This document shows, one piece after another, positions 50,948 through 63,457 of a stretch of 64,000 nucleotides of DNA. The notes beneath the pieces were generated by a model. That model saw only the letters and a program-made list of their open reading frames with translations. It did no database searches and was not told where the DNA came from. Each line of letters begins with the position of its first letter. The stretch's first letter is position 1. The stretch lies in NCBI GenBank assembly GCA_004022145.1, contig RCNU01000004.1, one strand, 5' to 3'. The stretch is from Paecilomyces variotii (lineage: Eukaryota). The position numbers and the translations under genes were made by a program.

Positions 50948-53900
50948 ATGACGGACCCAAATCATGTCGCGCAGTACAAGTACTCGGCGATGTCCAACCT
51001 GGTTCTCCAGGCGGACCGCCGTTTTGTCACTCGTCGGACGGATGAGGTGACTGGAGATCCTGAGTCCCTTGCCGGTCGCATCAACATCAGAGATATGGGT
51101 GCACGAGTCGCCCGAGACACAGCGCCAAAAAGCAAGAAGACGGCAGCAGTCCCGAGCACCGTCGAGAGGGGCTCAATTCGAGAAGGTGAAGATGTGCTCG
51201 AGAGGGAACAGAAGAAGCGAAAACGCGGTGAGCCCGCCCAGCTACGAGGCGCTGGGATTTTGTCTGCGGCAGATGCTTTGATTGAAGGATTGAAATATCG
51301 ACCACGGACACCAGCGACAAGAGCTACCTACGATCTCATTCTTACGATGACCGCGAGCCATCTTGGCGACGTCCCACACGAGGTCGTTCGGAGCGCAGCA
51401 GATGCGGTACTCGAGATGTTGAAGGACGAAGATATGAAGGACTTCGACAAGAAGAAGGAAATCGATGACTTGCTGGGGACCACAATGAGCGCCAAGGAGT
51501 TCAACGAGTTGGTGAACTTGGGCAAGAAGATTACCGATTATGATGCTCAGGATGAGGATGAGGAAATGGAAGAAGGAGCTGGTGAAGGAGGGGAGGAACT
51601 GGATGAAAGGCAAGGTGTTGCCGTCGTTTTCGATGAGGAGGAAGAAGACGAGGACGGCGTTGCCGCGGTTAACGAAGTCCCCGACGAGGATGAGATGACT
51701 GATGAAGAGGATGATTTTGAAGACAGACCTGGCGCCGAAGAAGCTGCTACAGCTGGAGCCCCGGCTGCTGAGGTACCTGATCTTTCTGATGCGGAGGAGA
51801 TGATACTGGATGGAGGCCTTCGAACGGATAGACGACGGGATAAAGCTGCATCCAACATCGTTCCCGCACGCGAGATTGACGCCTACTGGCTCCAGCGACA
51901 AATCGGTACTATCTACTCGGATGCACACATCCAGCACGAGAAAGCACGGGATGCATTCGCGATTCTCGGTGACAAGCTGGAGGACGGGACAGAGCGCCCT
52001 CTTCGCGATGTCGAGAACGATCTCATGGAACTCTTCGACTACGAAAACCCTGAGCTGGTCGCTAAGCTAGTAACTAATCGGAACAAGATCGTTTGGGCCA
52101 CTCGCTGGAGGAGAGTTGCTGAAGACGATGATGCCCGCAGCGCGATCGAAAAGGAAATGATTGAGACCGGCCATCGTGCTATCTTGGACGAACTTCGTGG
52201 GAAAGCAGCACCAGAAGATACTGCGGAGCGACCTGGAAAGAAGATCAAGGTAGACTTGATGGACGTTGACGTTCCGTCTGGCCCAGCTGCCGAGGAAAAG
52301 CCCAAAGAGGGCTTGGTTGGAGGTCTGCAGCCGCGAAGGGTTATCAATCTCGAGAACCTCGTATTCGAACAGGGAAATCATCTTATGACAAATCCAAATG
52401 TCAAGCTCCCGCAGGGCTCTACCAAGCGTACTTTCAAGGGCTATGAGGAAATCCACGTACCGGCCCCCAAGCCAAGGAGAGACCCTGGAGAGAAGAACAT
52501 TCCCACCTCAGAACTGCCTGACTGGGCTCGCATTGGTTTTGGATCTTCAAAGGAACTGAACCGGATCCAAACCAAATGTTATCCCACTGCGTTCCATGAC
52601 GATGGAAACATGCTTGTCTGTGCTCCCACGGGTTCCGGAAAGACGAATGTGGCAATGCTTACTATTCTGCGCGAGATCGGAAAGAATCGCAATCCTGAGA
52701 CAGGCGAGATCATGCTCGATGACTTCAAGATCGTGTACATCGCTCCCTTGAAGGCGTTGGTGCAGGAGCAAGTAGGTAACTTCGGTAAACGACTGGAACC
52801 GTATGGCATCAGGGTGTCCGAGCTCACCGGTGACCGTCAACTTACGAAGCAACAAATCGCGGATACCCAGATTATTATCACCACACCGGAAAAATGGGAT
52901 GTCATTACGCGAAAGGCCAGTGACACCAGCTATACGAGACTGGTCAGACTGATCATTATCGACGAGATCCATCTTCTCCACGATGATCGTGGTCCTGTCC
53001 TCGAGAGCATCGTGAGCAGGACAATTAGACGTATTGAGCAGACCGGAGAACCAGTTCGTATTGTCGGTCTGAGTGCTACGCTGCCGAATTACCGTGATGT
53101 CGGCACATTCTTGCGTGTCGATCCAATCAAGGGCTTGTTCCATTTCGATGGGTCATATCGACCATGTCCCTTGAAGCAGGAGTTCATTGGTATTACAGAC
53201 AAGAAAGCAATCAAACAGCTCAAGACAATGAACGATGTCTGTTACACTAAGGTTCTGGAACAGGTCGGACAGCAGAGAAACCAGATGCTGATCTTCGTCC
53301 ACTCGCGGAAGGAGACCGCCAAGACCGCCAAATATATCAGAGACAAGGCTGTTGAGATGGAGACTATCGGACAGATTCTTCGTACTGACGCTGCCAGCAG
53401 GGCTATCCTTGCAGAGGAAGCTGAGTCCGTGGATGACCCAGCTTTGAAAGATGTCTTGCCCTATGGATTTGGCATTCACCACGCTGGAATGAGTTTGGCG
53501 GACCGTGACTCTGTCCAGGCGCTGTTTGCAGATGGTAGCATTCAGGTGCTTGTTTGTACAGCGACACTTGCCTGGGGAGTCAACCTCCCGGCCCATACTG
53601 TTATCATTAAGGGCACTCAGGTCTACTCTCCCGAAAAGGGAAGCTGGGTGGAGCTCAGCCCTCAGGATGTTCTCCAGATGTTGGGACGTGCCGGTCGTCC
53701 TCAATACGATACTTTCGGTGAAGGCATCATCATTACCTCGCAGGGAGAATTGCAATACTACCTCTCCCTACTGAATCAGCAGCTACCTATCGAGAGTCAG
53801 CTGATGAGTAAACTTTCTGACAACCTCAACGCCGAAATAGTCTTGGGCAACGTCCGGAATCGTGACGAAGGTGTAGAGTGGCTTGGTTATACCTACCTTT

Positions 53901-56900
53901 TTGTCAGAATGCTTCGTTCTCCGGGTCTGTACAGTGTTGGTGCCGACTATGAGCATGATGAGGCACTCGAGCAGAAACGTGTCGATCTCATACATTCTGC
54001 TGCTGTGGTGCTGGAGAAAGCAGGATTGGTCAAATACGAGAAGAAGACAGGCAAGCTGCAGGCCACTGAGCTTGGCCGAATTGCCTCTCACTACTATATT
54101 TCTCACAACTCGATGTTGACCTATAACCACCATCTGCAGCCCATGATTGGTACCATCGAACTTTTCCGTATTTTCGCACTCAGTGATGAATTCAAGTACA
54201 TCCCAGTGCGTCAGGACGAGAAGCTCGAACTGGCCAAGATGTTGGGACGCGTTCCTATTCCCGTGAAGGAAAGCATCGAGGAGCCACATGCCAAGATCAA
54301 TGTTCTCTTGCAGGCATATATCTCCCGTCTTAAGTTGGAGGGTCTTGCCCTGATGGCGGATATGGTTTATGTCACCCAGTCCGCTGGACGTATCCTCCGA
54401 GCGATATTTGAGATCACATTGAAGAAGGGATGGGCCTCCGTGGCCAAGACTGCGCTTGATCTGTGCAAGATGGCAGAGAAGCGGATGTGGCCTACGATGA
54501 CACCGCTGCGCCAGTTCTCCTCGTGTCCCAGAGAGATTGTGCAGAAGGCCGAAAGGATCGATGTTCCCTGGTCAAGCTATTTTGACCTCGATCCTCCCCG
54601 AATGGGCGAACTCTTGGGCATTCCAAAGGCTGGCCGAACGGTTTGCGACCTTGTCTCGAAATTCCCACGTCTGGATGTGCAGGCTCAGGTACAGCCCATA
54701 ACGAGGTCTATGCTACGAGTCGAACTTGCCATAACACCCAACTTCGTATGGGACGACGCTCTCCACGGCGTGGCGGAGAGTTTCTGGATCGTCGTCGAGG
54801 ACTGTGACGGAGAGGAGATCCTGTTCCATGACCAGTTCATTCTGCGCAGGGAATATGCGCAAAGCGAGATGAATGAGCATCTGGTTGAGTTTACGGTCCC
54901 AATCACTGAACCGATGCCCCCTAACTACTTCATCTCTCTCATCTCCGATCGCTGGATGCATGCGGAGACCAAGATAGCCGTCTCCTTCCAGAAGCTCATC
55001 CTGCCGGAACGTTTCCCACCTCATACACCACTGCTGGACATGCAGAGAGTGCCCGTCAAGGCCCTTAAACCGGAAGAGTACCAGCAACTGTATCCTGACT
55101 GGGACTATTTCAACAAGGTCCAGACGCAAGTGTTCAAGTCTCTGTTCGATAGTGATAACAACGTGTTTATTGGAGCGCCTACTGGCACCGGCAAGACGGT
55201 GTGCGCCGAGTTTGCCCTCCTTCGTCACTGGTCTCAAGAAAACAGTGGACGAGCGGTATATATTGCTCCCTTCCAGGAACTCGTCGACCAGCGATATGCG
55301 GACTGGGAGAAACGACTCAGCAAGCTCCGTGGAGGGAAGAAGATAGTGAAGCTTACTGGTGAGACGACTGCCGATCTGAAGCTCCTGGAACGGGCCGATC
55401 TCGTTCTTGCCACTCCTGCCCAGTGGGACGTCTTATCTCGACAGTGGCAGAGGCGAAAGAATGTGCAAACCGTCCGCCTCTTCATTGCTGATGAACTCCA
55501 CATGCTTGGCGGCTATGGCGGTTTTGTTTACGAGATTGTTGTATCCCGTATGCATTACATCGCTCTTCAAACAGAGAATGATATGCGCCTTGTGGGCTTA
55601 AGTGTGCCCCTCTCCAACGCCCGCGACATTGGTGAGTGGATTGGTGCCAGCAAGCACACTATCTATAATTTCAGTCCTCATGTCCGGCCGGTCCCTCTGG
55701 AGCTGCACATCCAGTCCTTCAACATCCCTCACTTCCCTTCGCTCATGCTGGCGATGGCCAAGCCCGCCTACGCCTCGATCCTGCAGCTTTCACCTGACAA
55801 GCCAGCCCTGGTTTTCGTCCCGAATCGCAAACAGACTCGAGCAACAGCAGTCGATCTGTTGGCTGCTTGCGCTTCGGACGATAACGAGGACCGGTTCCTA
55901 CATGCGGATGTTAACGAACTAGCGCCTCTATTGAACCGGATACATGAACAGGCTTTGGCTGAATCTATCTCTCATGGTATTGGATATTACCATGAGGCAC
56001 TGAGCGCAAGCGACAAGCGGATTGTCAGTCATCTTTTCTCTATCGGTGCGATTCAGGTGATGCTTGCTTCCAGAGACGTCTGCTGGGAGATCAACCTGAC
56101 TGCCCATCTTGTTATCGTCATGGGTACCCAGTTCTTCGAGGGCCGGGAACACCGTTACATCGACTACCCTATCAGCGAGATTCTCCAAATGTTCGGTAAG
56201 GCTTCCCGCCCAATGGAAGACAAGATTGGTCGTGGTGTCCTTATGGTCCCTGCCGTCAAACGGGACTACTACAAGAAATTCCTTAATGAAGCGTTGCCCA
56301 TCGAGAGTCATCTTCAGAGCTATCTGCATGATGCGTTCGTTACCGAGATCAGCACCAAGACTATTGCGTCTACCCAAGATGCAGTCGACTGGATGACATA
56401 CACTTATTTCTACCGACGTCTTCTCGCGAACCCAAGTTTCTACGGTCTCACGGATGTCAGCCACGAAGGCTTGAGCACGTTCCTGTCCGAGATGGTTGAG
56501 AATACGCTCAAGGAGTTGTCCGATGCCAAGATAATTGATCTGGATGAGGAAGACGACAGCATCTCTCCGCTGAACGCCGCGATGATTGCGGCTTACTACA
56601 ACATCTCCTTCATCACTATGCAGACGTTCCTGTTGTCTCTCACTGCTCGTACCAAGCTGAAGGGTATTCTGGAGATCGTCACGTCAGCGACGGAGTTCGA
56701 GTCTATCCAGATCCGACGCCATGAAGACCACGTCTTGCGTCGTGTATATGACCGCGTCCCGGTGAAGATGGCACAGCCAGCGTACGACTCGCCGCATTTC
56801 AAGGCGTTCGTGCTGCTCCAGGCGCACTTTTCGCGCATGCAGCTGCCGATCGATTTGGCTAAAGATCAGGAGGTCATTGTCAGCAAGGTTCTGAATCTTC

Positions 56901-57595
56901 TTAGCGCATGCGTTGATGTGCTCTCTTCCGAGGGTCATCTCAACGCCATGAACGCCATGGAGATGTCGCAGATGGTTGTCCAAGCTATGTGGGACCGCGA
57001 CAGTCCTCTCAAGCAGATTCCTCACTTTACGCCCGAAGTTATCAAGGTGGCAAATGAATACAACATCAAAGACATCTTTGAGTTTATGGAAGCCATGGAT
57101 CCCTCCGAGAACAAGGACTACGCGACTCTGGTCAAGCGTTTGGGACTTGACAACAAGCAGCTTGCGCAAGCCGCGGCTTTCACTAACGACAAGTACCCCA
57201 ACCTTGACCTGGACTTCCAGGTGGAAGATCCGGAGAACGTCACGGCTGGTGAGCCCGCTTATCTCAAGATTAAGATCGAGCGTGATGTGGAGGAGGACCA
57301 GGAGCCGGACACTACTGTCCACGCTCCATTCTACCCTAACGAGAAGATGGAGAACTGGTGGCTCGTCGTTGGAGAGGAGAAGACCAGGAATCTGCTGGCC
57401 ATCAAACGCGTTACTATCGGCCGCAAGCTGGAGATGCGCCTGGAATACGTGGTTCCCACTCCTGGTGAGCACGAGCTAACGCTGTATCTGATGAGTGACA
57501 GCTATGTGGGCGTTGACCAAGACCCCACTTTCACTGTCACGGCGGCTGAGGGCATGGATGAGGACGAGAGCGAAGAGGAAGAGGAAGAGGAGTGA
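50948..57595 (+). CDS. brr2: U5 snRNP 200-kDa pre-mRNA splicing helicase Brr2 (about 2215 aa)
   Basis: QYKYSAMSNLVLQADRR N-terminus; two Ski2-like cassettes (APTGSGKT/DEIH/QMLGRAGR and APTGTGKT/DELH), each followed by Sec63-like regions; single uninterrupted ORF. Confidence 0.98.
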   Translation: MTDPNHVAQYKYSAMSNLVLQADRRFVTRRTDEVTGDPESLAGRINIRDMGARVARDTAPKSKKTAAVPSTVERGSIREGEDVLEREQKKRKRGEPAQLRGAGILSAADALIEGLKYRPRTPATRATYDLILTMTASHLGDVPHEVVRSAADAVLEMLKDEDMKDFDKKKEIDDLLGTTMSAKEFNELVNLGKKITDYDAQDEDEEMEEGAGEGGEELDERQGVAVVFDEEEEDEDGVAAVNEVPDEDEMTDEEDDFEDRPGAEEAATAGAPAAEVPDLSDAEEMILDGGLRTDRRRDKAASNIVPAREIDAYWLQRQIGTIYSDAHIQHEKARDAFAILGDKLEDGTERPLRDVENDLMELFDYENPELVAKLVTNRNKIVWATRWRRVAEDDDARSAIEKEMIETGHRAILDELRGKAAPEDTAERPGKKIKVDLMDVDVPSGPAAEEKPKEGLVGGLQPRRVINLENLVFEQGNHLMTNPNVKLPQGSTKRTFKGYEEIHVPAPKPRRDPGEKNIPTSELPDWARIGFGSSKELNRIQTKCYPTAFHDDGNMLVCAPTGSGKTNVAMLTILREIGKNRNPETGEIMLDDFKIVYIAPLKALVQEQVGNFGKRLEPYGIRVSELTGDRQLTKQQIADTQIIITTPEKWDVITRKASDTSYTRLVRLIIIDEIHLLHDDRGPVLESIVSRTIRRIEQTGEPVRIVGLSATLPNYRDVGTFLRVDPIKGLFHFDGSYRPCPLKQEFIGITDKKAIKQLKTMNDVCYTKVLEQVGQQRNQMLIFVHSRKETAKTAKYIRDKAVEMETIGQILRTDAASRAILAEEAESVDDPALKDVLPYGFGIHHAGMSLADRDSVQALFADGSIQVLVCTATLAWGVNLPAHTVIIKGTQVYSPEKGSWVELSPQDVLQMLGRAGRPQYDTFGEGIIITSQGELQYYLSLLNQQLPIESQLMSKLSDNLNAEIVLGNVRNRDEGVEWLGYTYLFVRMLRSPGLYSVGADYEHDEALEQKRVDLIHSAAVVLEKAGLVKYEKKTGKLQATELGRIASHYYISHNSMLTYNHHLQPMIGTIELFRIFALSDEFKYIPVRQDEKLELAKMLGRVPIPVKESIEEPHAKINVLLQAYISRLKLEGLALMADMVYVTQSAGRILRAIFEITLKKGWASVAKTALDLCKMAEKRMWPTMTPLRQFSSCPREIVQKAERIDVPWSSYFDLDPPRMGELLGIPKAGRTVCDLVSKFPRLDVQAQVQPITRSMLRVELAITPNFVWDDALHGVAESFWIVVEDCDGEEILFHDQFILRREYAQSEMNEHLVEFTVPITEPMPPNYFISLISDRWMHAETKIAVSFQKLILPERFPPHTPLLDMQRVPVKALKPEEYQQLYPDWDYFNKVQTQVFKSLFDSDNNVFIGAPTGTGKTVCAEFALLRHWSQENSGRAVYIAPFQELVDQRYADWEKRLSKLRGGKKIVKLTGETTADLKLLERADLVLATPAQWDVLSRQWQRRKNVQTVRLFIADELHMLGGYGGFVYEIVVSRMHYIALQTENDMRLVGLSVPLSNARDIGEWIGASKHTIYNFSPHVRPVPLELHIQSFNIPHFPSLMLAMAKPAYASILQLSPDKPALVFVPNRKQTRATAVDLLAACASDDNEDRFLHADVNELAPLLNRIHEQALAESISHGIGYYHEALSASDKRIVSHLFSIGAIQVMLASRDVCWEINLTAHLVIVMGTQFFEGREHRYIDYPISEILQMFGKASRPMEDKIGRGVLMVPAVKRDYYKKFLNEALPIESHLQSYLHDAFVTEISTKTIASTQDAVDWMTYTYFYRRLLANPSFYGLTDVSHEGLSTFLSEMVENTLKELSDAKIIDLDEEDDSISPLNAAMIAAYYNISFITMQTFLLSLTARTKLKGILEIVTSATEFESIQIRRHEDHVLRRVYDRVPVKMAQPAYDSPHFKAFVLLQAHFSRMQLPIDLAKDQEVIVSKVLNLLSACVDVLSSEGHLNAMNAMEMSQMVVQAMWDRDSPLKQIPHFTPEVIKVANEYNIKDIFEFMEAMDPSENKDYATLVKRLGLDNKQLAQAAAFTNDKYPNLDLDFQVEDPENVTAGEPAYLKIKIERDVEEDQEPDTTVHAPFYPNEKMENWWLVVGEEKTRNLLAIKRVTIGRKLEMRLEYVVPTPGEHELTLYLMSDSYVGVDQDPTFTVTAAEGMDEDESEEEEEEE

Positions 57596-58224
57596 ATGTT
57601 GTCTGTTCTCATTTGCGACTGGTTATAGGGTATCTGTGTATTGTAATTCTAAACGCTGCTGTACGATGTCAGGGGTTGGCATTTATGATTGTTTCGAAAT
57701 TTCCCAAGATGCTTAGAATAGTTTAAAAAAATCGCCTTCAATTTCAAAAGGGGTGCCGGGGCCATCTCACAGTTCATCTCGTAGTCCCGTCGATTCAGCG
57801 TACTTGTTAGTATCTGCTATTATGTGAATTGGATTAAATCCAATAGAGGAATGGCCGATGGAGTCTCCGACTAGGTACGATCACCGAGATCCGCAGCGGG
57901 GCAAGACGGCGCAACTCACATAACGATATCCCAGGCCCTAACTAACGCTGGTCATCGCAAAGCTGGTCGTCGAAGGCGGGCATTCAACAGGGCATTCATT
58001 CATTCTACTCCGCAGTGGCATCGAAGGACCTGGTGGACACTCTTGGCTACTACTAGGTACTTAGCCCGACCCCAGCCTCCGCCACGTACTGTATCAGCTG
58101 TTCGACCCTCGCAGATCGCCAGGTTAACTTACTTACTTATTGACAGTACATCTTCCTCGCGGCTGGCTTCGCTTTCCCCCCAATTCTTCGCTTTCAATTC
58201 TGGAGAGGCTCGATTCAAAACAGA

Positions 58225-60465
58225 ATGACGATTCGTGCGGTAAAGTTCTCGCCCGAGTAAGGCACCACCGTCAGCGTCTGATCTGGAAGCTTACTAACGG
58301 GCGTCGACAGGGTCCTCCTCGAAGCTCCAAGACGCTCTGCCGCTGTCCCCAACGCTACTGGAAGTCTGGCAGTCTACACGCAAACCACGTACTCGTTCGA
58401 ATCGCATTCGAGAACCAGTGAAATCCGTGTCATCGATATCGCCACTGGACAATCGTACCTGATCACAAACGACACTGCCGCAAGCAACCCATGTTGGCTG
58501 GGTGATACTGATCAGTTGGTCTGGTTGAAGGAGAAGGAGAATGGCAACACGAGCTTTATTATCGGTGACGCGTACAAGGTCGGGGAGACCTATACCGCAG
58601 GCACGGTTCCGGGTCCTGTGTCGGATCTGAAGCTCACCACGATCAAGGACGGCAAGATTGGATTCGCGGTCTCTGGAAAGGCGAACCCGGATGGGACGCT
58701 GTACAACCCGAAGGATGCGAAGAAGCCACACAGCACGGGGAGACTATATACCTCTCTTTTTGTGCGGCATTGGGATTCATACGTTGAGCCGCAGAAGAAT
58801 GCCATCTGGTATGGTTTGTTGCAGAGAGCACCGGATTCTCCAGCCAGTAGGCAATCTGGGAAATACTCCGTGTCTGGCCTGACGAACTTGATAACTATTT
58901 CTGGCTTGACGGGTGTCGAATCACCCATCCCGCCCTTTGGTGGTGCTGGAGACTTCGACATCAGCCCGACCGCCATCGTGTTTGTCGCGAAGGACCCAGA
59001 TCTTAATCCGGCCACTCACACCTCGTGCATCCTTTACTATTGCCCTATGTTTTCGTGGACAGATATCAGCGTCCGGGAGGCCAAGGTTACCAAAGTGACC
59101 TCACTGCAGGGTGCCATGTCGTCTCCCGTTCTCACGAAGGATGGAGGATCCATTGCATTCTTGGCTATGAGAGAGGATGGTTATGAATCGGACAAAAACA
59201 GGATCGTCTACGTGCCAAACCCGTGGGAGGGGCGACTAATCGAAATCTTCGAGTCTAGGGATGGAGAGGGTCTCTGGAATCTCAGCCCCAATACAATCTC
59301 ATTTTCTTACGACGACGAGTCTTTGCTCATCCAAGTCGAGGAAACGGGTCGCGGAGTCCTCTATAGCCTTCCAATGGAGGACATTGAGCGTGCTACTCCT
59401 GCTGCGCTAACAAAGTTAACGTATTCTGGATACGTGACAGACGTTGTGCCTGCGGCGAAGAACTCTCCAGCTCTTTTCATCACGAGCAACAGCCTTGTCG
59501 AGAGCTGTCTCTACACCATCCTTGACCCGGGCACTCCGGACGATGTCAAGATCGTCTCGTCTAGCAGTCAGTCTGGCTTGACACTTGGCCTATCAAGTAA
59601 CCAGGTGGACGAAATTTGGTTCGCGGGAGCCAATGATCATCCTGTCCATGCGTGGGTGGTCAAGCCGTCTACATTTGATCCGAAGAAAAAGTACCCTCTT
59701 GCTTATCTGATCCACGGAGGCCCGCAAGGAGCATGGAACGACCAGTGGAGCACGCGCTGGAATCCGGCTGTCTTCGCGGAGCAGGGTTACGTTGTCATCA
59801 CGCCTAACCCAACCGGAAGCACTGGCTATGGACAGCCCTTCACAGATGCGATCCGGGGTTCTTGGGGCGGGCTGCCTTACATTGATATCCAGAAAGGATT
59901 TGAGTACATCGAGAACAACCTTCCGTACGTCGATACTGACAGAGCCGTTGCACTCGGTGCATCTTACGGAGGATACATGATGAACTGGATCCAAGGACAT
60001 TCCCTTGGTCGCAAGTTCAAGGCCCTCGTCACCCACGACGGAGTCTTCAGCATGACGGGCCAACTTGCGAGTGAGGAACAATACTTCCCACTCCATGATC
60101 TAGGAGGACCCTTGTGGAAAGTCCCGGAACAGTGGGAGAGATGGGACCCGTCTCGTTTCACTCAATACTGGAAAACGCCACATCTAATTATTCATAACGA
60201 ACTGGATTATCGATTGACCATCTCGGAGGGTTTGGCCGCATTCAACGTTCTCCAAATAAAGGGGATTGAAAGCGCATTCCTAACCTTCCCCGACGAGAAC
60301 CACTGGGTGTTGAAGCCGGAGAACTCTCTTGTCTGGCACCACACAGTCCTGAATTGGATTAATAAGTATGTTGGACTGCCCCCAGTGACTGATGATGGCA
60401 ATTTTGTGTCAAAGGTTGGGAACGAAGACCTTGCGAGGAGCGTTGATAACCTTACTCTTTCGTAG
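58225..60465 (+). CDS. Dipeptidyl-peptidase V-like serine peptidase (S9 family), no obvious signal peptide
   Basis: ATG 58225 MTIRAVKFSPE|VLLEAPRRS with intron 58257-58310; LFVRHWD, IHGGPQGAW, GASYGG, NELDYR, DENHW. Confidence 0.93.
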
Positions 60466-60722
60466 TCTGTCTCTTGTGTCTCTCGAGTTTACAACAGTAT
60501 GGCAATAGTGAAATCCTGTACTGTGACGTATCCTAGTTTATTGATAGGAGCATATGAAGCGCTTTTCATGATAATTACGAAATCGTGAAAGGATATTCTG
60601 TCCATGACTAAATTCATTTATAGTAGGTGCTAGCATTTTGACTATGCGAGCCATAAACCTAAATGGATTCGATTATTTCTCTTCTATGGAGCTTATATTA
60701 ACGTGAACTAGATTAATCCGAA

Positions 60723-62030
60723 CTAGATCAATCCTTCCTCGCGAGTTAGGGCTTCCTGTCTGCCAGTGCTATTTGGATCAAGATAAGGTCTTTCTCCGAG
60801 GCTCACTGCTCTCTGACCTGTTCTAGGACCCAATCCCTCGTAGTCATATGTCGCGGTGTGGTACACACTTCGGTTGTCCCAGATTGCTGCGTAATACGTT
60901 AGCAAAACAGTGCACTTTTCAGCTCGAATTTTATGGTCCTTACCGAGGTCATTCTTGTTCTGCCATCTCAATCGAACTTGCAGGTCATGGTTGTCAACAA
61001 TCAGTCTGACAAACCACTTGAGAAGGTGTTCGCTCTCTTCCTCTGCGAGACCGTTGATCCGCTGAGCATGGTGGCCCACTGCAAAGATGCTCTTCCATCC
61101 CGTGACGGGGTTTGTGCGGACAACGGGGTGGATTGCCTTGAGTTCGTCGCCGACGTTCTCTGGAGCACCTCTGGGCGCTGTGTACAGTTCAAAATCATTC
61201 TCCTGTGCGCTCTGGTTGAAGAGTGGTTGCGCATAGGTAGCGGTCAAGGACTCTAAAAACTGCTGGTATGGCTTAGAGATACGATCGTAAACTTCGTATC
61301 CTGATGCCCAGAGTGTGTCTGTGTCCATATGTCAGAAAAAAAAAACAGCCTAAATATCAGGACTAGTTCATAATGAATACTCGCCTCCGCCAGTTTTGGG
61401 AAGCTCCGTCAATCGCAGAATGGCGTAGTCACTAGGGACGGGCTCAAAGGTGATATCACTGTGCCAGCCCTCCTTATGACTCTGCTTCTTCCTGTCCGCA
61501 TTGAACCGATTCTTATAGATCTTCTTGTGTCCCTCAGAACTAATGACGCTGATCTCATTATCCTTGTCGCCATACTCCCGTTGAGAGTTGCTGACAGGAT
61601 GAATATGCAGTCCGGACGTGCTAGGCTTTCCAGACAGCTCACCCAGTCGCTGGGCAAGTTCCTTCTGCGTGTCATTGTCAAGATCGTCCTGGGCGCGGAA
61701 GAATACTACTCCTCGTCGTGAGACTGAATGATTTCGTTGTAGTTAGCTTGTTGTCTTCCTCTCTTGGGGCTTGTATGGTTGTTTACCCGTGATGGCCAGC
61801 TCACGGATAAGTTCATCCGAGTTGGGCGCACGCAGCCATTCCTTAAGGTTCGCTTTGGGGAACTCTCTTCCGATAACTGGAGTCACGTCAAACGATTCAT
61901 ACTGATCAAGGACACCGCTCAGCTTCAGTGGTTGTCTCTGCAATGTCTCAGAAGCCGCGGGCGCCGCTTTGCCAACCGGGATAGTTGTGGGCGGCGTAGC
62001 AGGATTCTCAACTTGAGCAGAAGGGGCCAT
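60723..62030 (-). CDS. TauD/TfdA-family Fe(II)/2-oxoglutarate dioxygenase (Jlp1-like sulfonate dioxygenase)
   Basis: DVTPVIGREF, RGVVFFRAQ, WHSDITFE, GG|DTLWAS, HPVVRTNPVTGWK, IWDNRSVYH; three introns, one GC-AG. Confidence 0.93.
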
Positions 62031-63457
62031 TGCGGTTTTTGGACTTTCAGATACCGCGATAAAATAAGTAATAATAATTTACTGAGAGAAGTAGATACCC
62101 TGCAGAAATACCCCGCCCATTTATACTTAACATCCTCTCCATGAGTGGGATCCTTGTCATATGGCGATAGCTTCAAAACACATAACATTTACCCAAATTC
62201 ATCACACTATGCATTACAAATCCTCCCGCATCTAGCCTTTCAATATCTATGGGATAATACGCTTTAAAAAGGCCCAGATACCATATCTGAGCAAATCAGC
62301 TCGTTGCGAATACACCATATCTTCGCGATGGAGGGGGTTTTTCGGGCATTCGCCATATCATCATGAGATATTGCAATTGAGGAGTAAATCACGCCGCGCT
62401 TGTGACCGGGATGGTATGAAGCGCGGGTTGGTTGATCGGGAATAACGGCATCTTTTTTTGTTTGATGTTGATGTATGAGAGGATTTCGGAGGTGGATTGC
62501 GCAAGCGGTCCGAACTTGCAAACTTCCGAGTAAATAGTTCTGGAACACTTCACAACTGTCGATGATGAAGACTGGAGGACGTTTAGTATTATATAGAGAG
62601 TAATATAACATGCTTAATCTAGTCTATAATAAACATATGGGAGAGAATGGTACGGAGAGTGATTGCTTAGGCACTTCCATATCCGGTAGAGTTATAAGTA
62701 AACCACCTTAAAAGTCATAAGCGACAAACTTTCAGAGACAGAGGAAGTATACAGGTAGTAACATCTGATATGAGAATCAAAGAAAGGGTGATCTTTAATC
62801 AATCTCGATCGAAGTCTACAACAATGTACTAAGCCTCGCACTATGATGAAAGGCAAGAAGAACTATGGCTCATTGTAGAATGGCATGTCAATGACAAACG
62901 ATGCTATTAACAAGGGATAACGCAACACATACGCATATAGTTCCAAAGAACTCAGCTATAAGGCTGTGCATAGAAGCCATACAAAGAGGCTCTTTGAAGG
63001 CATCTATTGTTGATACTGTTGAACAGAAAAAAGTCGCCTGTGGTGCCGGTCAACGTAGCATATCTTTATCCTATCCTTTGACAGCTTTTCTTTGGCACTT
63101 CTATTCCGGGTGATAATGGCTCTTGTGCTGTCTATATTTACAGAGAATAAAAAGACGTGATGATACTGGTGAAAACTGGGCATATATTTCTGTAGTATCC
63201 CTTCGTTCTAAATGCTGTCAGAGACCTAGATCATCACGGCGAGTGAGCTGTTGAATTCCCTTTGCATAGGTTTAAGTGGAAAGCGATCGATCTCGACAGA
63301 CTCTATTCCTTATCGCACAGGGATTCTAAAACTCTTTGCTTCGATCAGCTCGAGCGTCTAGGCATTCATAGTCAGGGTTGTTTCCTGGAAACCGAACCTA
63401 CGCAGTTCTCTGGAAAGTTGTCGCCCACTGACACCGAAGCTTGTCTCGTCGGAAACA

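Noticed and set aside
50962..57479. Long antisense and alternative-frame ORFs inside brr2 (similar ones in def1, fbaA, the peptidase and msh1)
   Set aside because: Shadow ORFs expected from the codon bias of the real genes; no independent motifs.
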